From: Mycoplasmoides pneumoniae FH
Lineage (GTDB): Bacteria > Bacillota_I > Bacilli_A > Mycoplasmatales > Mycoplasmoidaceae
DNA: 32,000 nt
Direction: 5' to 3'
Assembly (NCBI RefSeq): GCF_001272835.1
Contig: NZ_CP010546.1
Span: forward strand, 60,001-92,000
The notes beneath the pieces are model-generated. The model made no database searches, was not told the origin of the DNA, and saw nothing but the letters and a program-made list of their open reading frames with translations. The number at the start of each line of letters is the position of its first letter. Positions within the stretch are counted from its first letter, which is position 1. This document shows positions 1-10,374 of the stretch, in pieces. The position numbers and the translations under genes are program-made.

Positions 1-1501
1 CGACATTTACCCAGTGGAAAGCTTTCAAGTGCCTAAGGTACCACAAAAGCTATTTGGATTTGTCGACCAGGGCTTCTTTCCGAAGTTAAACCCGAAGGGC
101 TTGAACATTGCTGATAACGTGGCTTACTTGTTTGAGAAGTACAGCCTAAAACAAGCAACCCTTAAAGACTTTGACATCGTTTTGGAAAAGAAGAACGACA
201 TTGTGTTGGAACACAAGGTGCGTTATAACTTTGCTTTGCAATTTCACTTTGAAACTACATACATAGGTAGCGGTGGCGAAATTAACCTACAGTTTGCACT
301 GCAAGCTTCCACCACTAACTTTAGTAGTTTAGAGGAATTGCAAGCTAGCTTTAGTAAGGTAGGTAATAATTTAACTGCTCAATTGTTCTGAAAACCAGTT
401 GTAACCAAGCTCACTTCTGGAGAAAATGACTTAACTCACATTGCTCAAACCGCCGTTGGGGAAAGTTTATTTGACAGCAGGGTTGACTTAACATCCTCTA
501 TTATTAACAACGAAGCAGCCATTAAAACTACTCAGCAACAATTTGAAACAGAGGCTTTAGCACTTTTTAAAGCAGAACGTGAAAAAGCTTTAGCGGAATA
601 TAAAGCAGAGCAAGAACGAATTGCTAAAGAACTTGAAGAACAAAGAAAAGAATTAGAACGTCTCAAAAAAGAACAACAAAATAAACAAGAGTTAGTAGAG
701 TCCTTATACAATGTTGCTAACTTTGTTAGTTATTGAGAAAAGCGTGGCAAGGACGTTACTGACAAAAAACAATTAATTCAAGCACTTAAATCAGCTTTTG
801 CTACCAACTGAAACGAAGTGTTTCAATTATTAACTGCTGGAATGCGTGAAGGTATTAAGGAGTATTACAAACATAATAAACCTGACCAAAGCGCTAATGC
901 TAAAAAAGCCTTTGGCCAAAATGGTCTTGCATTTCCGCGAACTGGCTTTGATGGTATCTACATGTCTGACTGGCTTCGTGGTGAATTGAGGAATAAGGGT
1001 AACATCAATCTCCATCTCAAACAAAACGAAACCACCGTTAAAAAGATTAGGGATGACATTAGTATCGAATGAAATGAAAGCAAGGGCGGTATTGAGTTTC
1101 ACCAAACTTACCCTTACTGATTTGAATTTGAAGTTAACTTTAAGTACATTGGTGGTTACTCCTTAAACTGATGGGATGCCATTTGAGCTAAAGTAGCTGG
1201 GATCCCAGGTTCTTGAAAGGGTGAAATGAACTTAAAGCTAGTTATTGATGGTGAAATTCATAAGTGAATGGTAACCAAGCCAGACTATCCTGGAACCTTC
1301 TTTCCATTTGATGACCAGTTTGATAAGCTTTGATTCACCTTGCACGTTAGTCAAGAAATTAGTGTAAGGGATGAATCCTTCATGAATTTGCTCAAGAAAC
1401 AAGGATTAGATAAATTAGATCTTCGAACAGGATCAACCAAACCACCAGTAGTCGATCTAGCTAGCTACCTCCACTACTTGATTTTGGCAGACAAGAGTTA
1501 A
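1..1501 (+). CDS. C-terminal part of a Mycoplasma-specific protein, probably MG032/MG096/MG288 family; 5' end outside window
   Basis: Track ORFs 14..391 and 818..1072 lie in the same frame (frame 2) and join through in-frame TGA(Trp), ending at TAA 1499-1501. Contains a charged coiled-coil stretch (FKAEREKALAEYKAEQERIAKELEEQRKELERLKKEQQ). Family call from memory of this class. Confidence 0.7.
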
Positions 1502-1712
1502 TAACTAAATTAACTATCAAAAAGTTTAAGGGCATCTACCTAAATAGGTGTCCTTTTACTTTACCTTTCAAACTAAACAAAAAATACTCTGTTGGAGTAG
1601 ATTTTTTCCTCTCTAACCCTTTTAAGTATTGGTTGTAAGTGGTAATAAACGCTTCGTGATGAAAATCAAAAGTTCATTAGTTTAGGTTAATAAATTTAAG
1701 TAAAAATTAAAT

Positions 1713-1940
1713 ATGCTTAATTGATTTAAAAAAATTTTTTTCTCTGATTGAGGTGGAGCAGAAGATAAGCAGAATAAAAATAAGAAAAATGAACAAGCTG
1801 TTTTTGTAGATAAAGTAATGAGTAGAACAGATTTAACTGATGAAGAAAAAACAAATTCTAGTTGATTACTATCAGATGTTAGATGACTATTTGGACGATG
1901 ATTGAGACTAACTAAAACCACCCCGTGGGGTAGTTTTTAA
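1713..1940 (+). CDS. Small hypothetical ORF (75 aa with TGA=Trp), possibly a truncated remnant
   Basis: ATG 1713 reads MLNWFKKIFFSDWGGAEDKQNKNKKNEQAVFVDKVMSRTDLTDEEKTNSSWLLSDVRWLFGRWLRLTKTTPWGSF to TAA 1938-1940. Missed by the track because of TGA codons. No recognised family; its 3' end runs through a terminator-like hairpin. Confidence 0.35.
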
Positions 1941-1945
1941 TTTTA
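1911..1945. terminator. Probable bidirectional intrinsic terminator, just downstream of glpK
   Basis: AAAACcACCCC-GTG-GGGTaGTTTTT hairpin flanked by A/T runs, 16 nt beyond the glpK stop. Confidence 0.6.
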
Positions 1946-1960
1946 AGAACTAACCTTGTC

Positions 1961-3477
<1,517 letters not shown>

Positions 3478-3487
<10 letters not shown>

Positions 3488-4632
3488 GGCAGATTGTACT
3501 TTCCGTTTCAGTTCGGCTTTTTAGTTAATTTCCAATTTAAAAGTCTGACAGCTTCCCGGGCAATGGCTGGTGCTGCAGTTAGCCCTGGGGATTTCATACC
3601 CCCTAAAATGACAAAGTCAGGGTCATTGTGAGCTATTCTAATAATAAAGTCATTAGTGGCTTTATCAATTGGACGCGAACCAGCAAAGCTTATTAAGGCA
3701 TTATTAATGTTTAGACTTGGCACCATATGTTTGCCAATCTTAGTCAACATACATGGAGCATCTTTGGTAATGTAACGAGTAGCTTCCTTGTCTACCCCAT
3801 CTAAAGCGGTGGGTCCGACTAAGAAGTTGCCATCTAACATGGGTGACACAATTACCCCTTTACCATGGATTGTTGGTACCATGAAAACCATTGAGTTTAA
3901 GTGGAGTTCGCCCTGATTAGTTACCACCACATACTGACCTCGACGGGTTGTTTGTTCAAAATCATCAGCTTTGGCTAAATGAGCTAAATAATCAGCATAA
4001 TGACCTGCAGCATCAATAATCTTCTTAACTTTAAAACTAGGAGTAGTTTCGTTGTTAGTTCAAACTAAATAAGTCCCATCAACTTGCTTACTAATATTAG
4101 TAACCTCAGTATTAGTGCAAATTTGTACTTTGTTTTGCTGTGCTGCTAAAGCTAAACATTTGCTCGCTAACACTGGATCAATTGCTCAGCTACCCTCGAC
4201 TTTTAATCCAGCCACAATTTCCGGATTAACGTAAGGCTCTAACTTTAAGGTTTCTTCTTTAGAGAGCATTTGAATATCTTCCAGATTAATTTGATTGGCA
4301 ATGCCTCTTTGCTTTAGTACTTCTAATTGTTCGCGCTCCATTTCATTGAAAGCCACAATTAAAGTACGGATCTTTTGCCTTGGAAAACCTAAGCGTTTAA
4401 AGTAGGTATTTAATCAGAGCTTTTTACCCAAAATGTTGTATTTAGCAGTTAACTTGTGTGGATTGGGATCAATGCCAGTGTGGATAACACCACTGTTGGC
4501 ATGGCTAGTCTCTTGTGCCAAATAATGGTGCTTTTCTACCAGTGTCACTTTGAGCTTGTACTGGCTCAATTCATAAGCAGTGGCACAGCCTATTACACCA
4601 CCGCCAACTATTAAAACATCTCTTGTTTCCAT
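3478..4632 (-). CDS. glpO: FAD-dependent glycerol-3-phosphate oxidase/dehydrogenase (384 aa)
   Basis: [37 protein letters not shown]-binding start and C-terminal [16 protein letters not shown] ... [24 protein letters not shown]. Joined through TGA; overlaps glpK start by 10 nt. Annotated glpD in some genomes. Confidence 0.92.
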
Positions 4633-4814
4633 AAAGGCTTAACTAATTAATAGTTACAGAAATGCCTTGACACGCCGATGCTTTTATCGTTTAAAGTTTT
4701 GCAGAGCTGAAAAAGTGGTTTTTTAAAAAACATTTAACTCTTATTTAACTACTTTGAAAATCAACGATCTAATAAGTTACTATTACGCATATTTTTTAGA
4801 AAGGGTGTAATTTT

Positions 4815-6788
4815 ATGTTTGGAAAAGGGTTGGTCAAAAAAGGCCTTTTATTTTTTAGTGGCGTGAGTACTATGGCCGTCTTTTTAGTGTCTTGTGGTGC
4901 TACTAGAATTTGGGAATCTTCGATTCAACTGTTAGTTTCCAATGATGAAGCTACATTAGCTGACAAATCCTTTTCTGAGATGTCCTATGAAGGGATTAGA
5001 AGGTACTTTAGATCTCAAAAACATATTGAATTACCATCACCAAATAGTTCCCTGTTACAAGACGGCAACGGCCTTTGAAAACGTCCCGGACGTACTTTAA
5101 GTGATCGGATTGCTACCTTTAAAAACATTAAGAACGATGGTAGTGATGTGATTGTAGCTACTGGATTTAACCAACAAGAAGCACTACAAGCAATTAGCTC
5201 TGATGACCGTCGTTATTTAGCTGATAAAAACGACCTTGCTAAAGTTGGTTTCATTTTTGTCGATGGCCAAATTGAAAAGGAATATAACGTGATTAATAAA
5301 ACGCCACAATTTAGATCAACCCCACTAAACATTTCATCCGTTGCCTTCCGCAGTGATGATGGTTCCTTCTTAACTGGAGTAGCAACTGCAGTTTATTTGA
5401 ATTTAAATCAAGATTACTTTTTAAAGAAGAATGGAGCAACCAATAATAGTAGCCAAGATTTAACCGTTTCTGGTTTTGTCGGTGTTCCTATTCCTTCAAC
5501 CCTTTCTTTTTTAAACGGTTTCCGTTTGGGCATTGCTTATTTTAATGAGGTGATTTACACCCATTTAAGTGATGCTGAAACAACATCTGATAACAAGAGT
5601 AATTCTTCAAGTGCTAGCAACTCTGTTTTAGTGCAACTTAAACAGATGCAAGGAAACGACAAAAAGATTAAAAAGATTAAATGGATATCTCCTAAACAAG
5701 GAAGCGATAATAATTCGAACCTCAGTATCGATGATCACAAGTCTGGTTCTTTCTCCAGCACTGAACCACGAGCAACAACTATCATTAATAATCTTTTAGA
5801 CAAGGGTGTGAGTGCCATTATTCCTGTTGCCGGACCGCAAGTAAACTTAGCAGTTAACGAGGTGGCACGTCGCAAAGCGCACACTGCTATTATTGGTGTT
5901 GATAGTGCGCAAGAATTATTAGATATTAACCAAGATGCACCTGATAAAGATCAGTTAATCAAAGGTAATAAAAAAATTATTCCTTTCTCTTCTATTAAAG
6001 CCTTGGATGTTGCCATTGAAAACATGTTGATTGCCATTCAAAAAGGCAGTGATAATAATGGATATAAAGGATTTGGTTATAACAACATTGGTACGGTTGG
6101 AACTAGTTCAGTAGGTATTAGTGAGGCTGGTTATGAATTCTTAATTGATCCAGTTTTTTGAAAGACTACTCAGTCACAAGGGAAATCTATGGCCACAAAT
6201 ATGACTAATTTAAAACGTTTATCATCTGATGATACAAACACTAAGAAAGCATTAAAAGAGGTAAGCACCCATAAAAATGGTAGTGATAAAGATGGGATTA
6301 TTGGTAAATATTCCAATTTATTAACTAAAAAAAGCACAACAGTAACTGCTGTTGCTCAAAAATCTATGACAGACAATAATAGTGGAACTGAGCAAAAAAA
6401 GAATCTTTCTGAAGTAGATACTAAGAAGAAAGAGAAAGAAAGTAAAGGTAAAACTCAAAGTAATGGTCAGGACAGTGGCCAACAAAACGGAAAAGAAACA
6501 AACGATATTATTTCTAAGTATTCTAAGCTGTTAACTATGACAACTATGAACAATAAAGTAATGTCATCTAAAAAACAAAGTAGCGATGATAACAGTTTTA
6601 AAAAGACTTCAGAAAACGGAGACTGAGTAATTAAAGGAGACGAGTTAACTAAGAAAAAATCAACTGAGCTTCCTGCTTTTGCTAAAGGTGCAGATTACCC
6701 TACTTTCCCTACAGAAGCGGTAAGCGTTATTAACGGAAGTACCGCTTTAGACGGCAAAGGTTTTAAGTGGAGCTTTAAACAAATTTAA
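4815..6788 (+). CDS. BMP/PnrA-like substrate-binding lipoprotein (657 aa; MG040-like)
   Basis: Signal peptide and lipobox MFGKGLVKKGLLFFSGVSTMAVFLVSCG; DVIVATGFNQQEALQ and GVSAIIPVAGPQVNLAVNEVARRKAHTAIIGVDSAQE resemble basic membrane/PnrA binding proteins. Joined ORFs 4815, 5148 and 6189 through TGA. Confidence 0.85.
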
Positions 6789-6805
6789 AATAATACTCGG
6801 CTGAT

Positions 6806-7072
6806 ATGAAGAAGATTCAAGTAGTCGTTAAAGACCCTGTGGGCATTCACGCCCGTCCTGCTAGTATTATTGCTGGTGAGGCTAATAAATTTAAATCGGA
6901 ATTAAAGCTAGTATCACCAAGCGGCGTTGAAGGTAACATCAAGTCGATCATAAACTTAATGTCTTTAGGCATTAAGCAAAACGACCACATTACCATCAAG
7001 GCAGAAGGAACTGATGAAGAAGAGGCACTAAATGCTATTAAAGCAGTTTTAGAAAAACACCAAGTTATTTAA
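6806..7072 (+). CDS. ptsH: Phosphocarrier protein HPr (88 aa)
   Basis: MKKIQVVVKDPVGIHARPASIIAGEANKF (His-15 motif GIHARPA) and the Ser-46 region (SIINLMSLGIKQ). Confidence 0.97.
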   Translation: MKKIQVVVKDPVGIHARPASIIAGEANKFKSELKLVSPSGVEGNIKSIINLMSLGIKQNDHITIKAEGTDEEEALNAIKAVLEKHQVI

Positions 7073-7094
7073 GTAATTTAATTTAACTTAGAAT

Positions 7095-7138
7095 AAAAGC
7101 AACAAGCCAATCCCCAAGGAAAAGCTTGTTGCTTTTTT
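7095..7138 (+). terminator. Intrinsic terminator after ptsH
   Basis: AAAAGCAACAAG - loop - CTTGTTGCTTTTTT, perfect 12-bp stem with T-run. Confidence 0.9.
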
Positions 7139-7148
7139 ATTAAGAAAT

Positions 7149-7767
7149 ATGCTTTACTACGACGACGAGGATGAATATGACACTTCTAATTCTGGTGGTG
7201 TCGTAGATTTAGCATTTTTAGCACTAATAGTAGTTTTTCTATTTACCGCTTTTATTTCTTGGTTTGGGGCATGAACTTGCTACAAAACAAGGCGTTTTTG
7301 AAAGGTAATTAATAAACCCATTAATGTAATAGCAACAGCTTTCTTTAATTTGGGGAACCTTACTTTTTCTTTGTAGCATTAACTTTTCTACTAGGAAATA
7401 TACAAGCATTTACTCATGCTAATTAAGTAGTAGCACAGAACTTCAGGGAATAGCAATTAATATTGCCTTAATTGTTGGCATCATTAATTTACCTTTATTT
7501 ATATTCTTCCGAATAATGCTGAAAAGTACTCATAATTTCTTAGACAAAAACATTCCACTACGAAAGAAATGAATTGAAGAAAAGATTGCTAGTGATGAAT
7601 TGGAAGGATGAGAATACACCCAAATTTATCCTTTCCTAAGAAAGCTTTCTAGAAGAAAGCGTTACCATTTTCTAAGAGCCTTAGAAAATGGTGATAAACC
7701 AACTTCTGTTTTAACAGATAGAGAAAATCAATTGTCTGAAAATCAAATAAGTCAAGCACATGCTTAG
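7149..7767 (+). pseudogene. Decayed small membrane-protein gene, several frames
   Basis: Frame 0 ORF 7149-7376 (MLYYDDEDEYDTSNSGGVVDLAFLALIVVFLFTAFISWFGAWTCYKTRRFWKVINKPINVIATAFFNLGNLTFSL*), then frame 2 (FVALTFLLGNIQAFTHAN*), then frame 1 (GIAINIALIVGIINLPLFIFFRIMLKSTHNFLDKNIPLRKKWIEEKIASDELEGWEYTQIYPFLRKLSRRKRYHFLRALENGDKPTSVLTDRENQLSENQISQAHA*). Consistent with frameshifts in an ancestral reading frame. The frame 1 part could alternatively be an intact smaller gene. Confidence 0.5.
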
Positions 7768-7799
7768 TAAATAGACACTTAGCAAATTTATGTTTGCAA

Positions 7800-8520
7800 G
7801 TCTTTTTAATTTTTTAGCATCAAATTCGTCAATAAACTCTCTAATTTTTACCTAAAAATTCCTTATTTATTTCCTTATATTTTTATTTAAGAATAATCTT
7901 TTTTATTTCTCAAAATTTCCTTGATTTTATCCAAAATTTCCAATTTTATTTCTGGGAATTTTTACTTGTTTTATCTAAAAAATTACACCTTTCTTTTTTA
8001 GTGTTTCTCAAATATTTCTCTAAGAATGAGATTTTTATTCTTTGGTATTTCCACGTTATTTATCGAAATAATCTCTTTTTATTTCTAGAAAATTACTTTG
8101 ATTTTTGTCTAAGGATTCTCAACTTAGTCCCTAAATTTTCTCCGCTTTTTAGCGAAGAATATTTCAATTTATTCTTTGATTTTTATCTAAAAACTATCCC
8201 CTTAGTTACTTTAAATTTCTGTTAAATTTGTTTAGGGACTCTCATTTGTTTCTAAAAAACTTTTCCTTTTTCTTTCCAAAAGATTACAGTTTTTATTCTT
8301 AGAAACTTATCCGCCGTTTATCACAATATCTTTTTATCAAAACTTCTCCTTTTTATTCTTTAGGTTCCTCCTTTAATTTATCGAAATTTTCCATTTTTTC
8401 TTTTCTGGAATGTTTTTCTTTTTATAGCTAACTTAGTCTTTGAAATTTCTCTTTTTTATGTTCGAAGATTACGAATTGATAGACAAGAAATTGAAGATTT
8501 TTCAATTTTTCAAGCCTCCT
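7800..8520. repeat. Degenerate T-rich/G-poor tandem repeat block (left), ~22-23 bp period
   Basis: Recurring TTTTTATCnAAAAATTTCC-like units, e.g. aatttttacctaaaaattcc, gattttatccaaaatttcc, gatttttatctaaaaactatccc, ctttttatcaaaacttctcc. Confidence 0.65.
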
Positions 8521-8597
8521 TTTTCCAAAAAAACAGAATTGGTGAAGTTACTTTTTTAATTTTGTTCTAAAAGTAGCTTCGTTACCTTTCTAATTTA

Positions 8598-9310
8598 ATG
8601 AAGATTAAATATTTCTTTATTCCCTTGTTTTCTTCAGTTATATTATTTAGTGCCTGTTCTTCTATTCAGTCTGATCTTAGGAATCTTATTAAAGAAACAA
8701 CTGGCAAAGATTTTGACGTATCTAAATTAATTAAAACCTCTGAAGGAAGAAAAAACTTAATAAATTCTCTCAAAAAGTCTTACGAATCTAAGCCCGATGA
8801 AACAGCTAGCTTATTACTAATTGCTTGAAAGCAAAGTGCAGAAATGGGCGAAATAGGTTTTGATGATATTAAAGAAGGAGGAATTTATACCAGAGACAAT
8901 GATCCTTTCAAATTGGAACAAAAGGTTGAGTACTTCAATATGGAATACAAAATTTTAGTGATGTTTTAATTAAAGCTAAATTGATCTATATCTTTAAATG
9001 GCATGGCGATCATTCTTCTTCAGAAGGCTTAACTGCTAAAAATGGCGGCAAGCATCATTTCGATCTTTTTCTTAATCTTAAATCCTCTTCAAAAAAACCA
9101 TTTAATTCAAAAAGTTTTGATACAAAATCGGGAGAAGTTTTTCAAACGGAATGAATTAGTTTCCATACTTTAGTTAGTTGATCATTAAAAGGTAAAGATG
9201 AAAAAAGTCAAAAAAATCTTGACAAAATTATCATTAGCGAGTTTGTTACTAAAAAAGACCATGAACATGATTTTAATCTCTTTATATATTTAAACTATTC
9301 AATTAAGTAA
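8598..9310 (+). pseudogene. Frameshifted lipoprotein gene
   Basis: ORF 8598-8969: [39 protein letters not shown]...[14 protein letters not shown] (lipobox LFSAC). Coding potential continues in another frame from ~8960 to TAA 9308-9310: [44 protein letters not shown]...EWISFHTLVSWSLKGKDEKSQKNLDKIIISEFVTKKDHEHDFNLFIYLNYSIK*. Confidence 0.75.
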
Positions 9311-9409
9311 GCTCTCTAGATTATTTAGTTTTGATTTGCTAAAAATTCAAGTACTTTACTTTCAGTTCAGTCTTTAAAGTTAGCTATTTTTTAGATCAAA
9401 GATTAAATT

Positions 9410-10180
9410 TATTGGATTTCTATCAAAAAATTCCTCTTTTTACTCTTTGAATTTTCTCTGTTTTTTATCCAAGAATTACACCCTGATTCCATTAAAAGTT
9501 TTTGATTTTTACCAAAAAATTTCATTTTTTATTTCTTAAATTTACCTTTCTTTTTACCTAGGCATTACCCCCTTATTAGCAGAAGTTTCTACTTGCTTTA
9601 ACCAAAAGATTTCCTTTTTCTTCTTTAAAAATTCGCTTTACTTCGCCTAATATTTACCCTTTTTTATTGAAAAAATTCCCTGATTTTAGCCAAAAGATAG
9701 CTTTTTCTTTGTCTAAACTTTTAGCTCTTTTTTTACCCAAAAATTTCCTTTTTGCTTTTTTCTCCAAAATTTCTCTTTTTTTGAATTAGAAGAATGCACT
9801 TTTTTATTCAGAAGTTTTCTGCCTTTTGTCTTTTAAATAATTTCTTAATTTTTATCGCAAAACTCTCTGTTTTGTTTCCTGATAAATTCTTAGTTTTTAT
9901 CTAAAAGTTTCCACTTTCTCTTTTAAGAATTTCTCTACTTTTTATCAAGAAAGTTTCTTTCTCTTGTTTTTCTCTAAAAATTCCACTTCTTATTCCACTT
10001 ATTTTCAGTTTTAATTTCTCCTTTTATTTTTGAAATAATTTCCTTCTTTTATCAAGTTCTTAACCTTGTTCTTATTTGTTAATTCCCCTTCTTTTAGCCT
10101 ACAACTTCTCTTTTTTCTTGTTAAAAGATTCCCTTTCTTTTTATCAAGAAAATCTCTTTTTTTATGTCTTAAAAGTGGTC
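9410..10180. repeat. Degenerate T-rich/G-poor tandem repeat block (right), ~22-23 bp period
   Basis: Consecutive TTTTTATCnAAAAATTTCCCT-like units. TTTC/TTCC-type cores at about 9433, 9456, 9479, (9502), 9523, 9545, 9568, 9589, 9613, 9634, 9657, 9678. Confidence 0.75.
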
Positions 10181-10332
10181 TTTATTTTGGTTCAAAATTT
10201 AGTCCAAAAACAGTCAAATTTTTAGCACAAATTTAACTGCAAAAACTGTTCAAAAAATCTCACAAAATTGCAATCATTTTTTTGCAAGAAAATTTATCCC
10301 AGTTTTAGGGGGCAAGCGGGGTCAAAAATTGC

Positions 10333-10338
10333 TACAAT
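10333..10338 (+). promoter_or_regulatory. Candidate -10 box for the potABC operon
   Basis: TACAAT (in gcTACAATaaatacc) 36 nt upstream of the TTG start at 10375; first coding sequence after the repeat block. Confidence 0.45.
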
Positions 10339-10374
10339 AAATACCGTTTTTTCTTTAAAAATTAAGTAGTTAAA

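Noticed and set aside
4640-4814. Possible regulator site (aactaattaatagtt near-palindrome) between glpO and the BMP-like lipoprotein
   Set aside because: Short AT-only symmetry is expected by chance at this composition; not enough to call an operator or catabolite element.
8001-8225. ORF MFLKYFSKNEIFILWYFHVIYRNNLFLFLENYFDF... as a membrane protein
   Set aside because: It falls entirely inside the T-rich periodic block; its Phe/Leu/Ile-rich content is what any reading of T-rich DNA gives, and no SD or family signature is visible.
9410-10180. CRISPR array or minisatellite with exact repeats
   Set aside because: Units are degenerate (no two adjacent units identical), lack unique spacers, and no cas-like genes are in the window.
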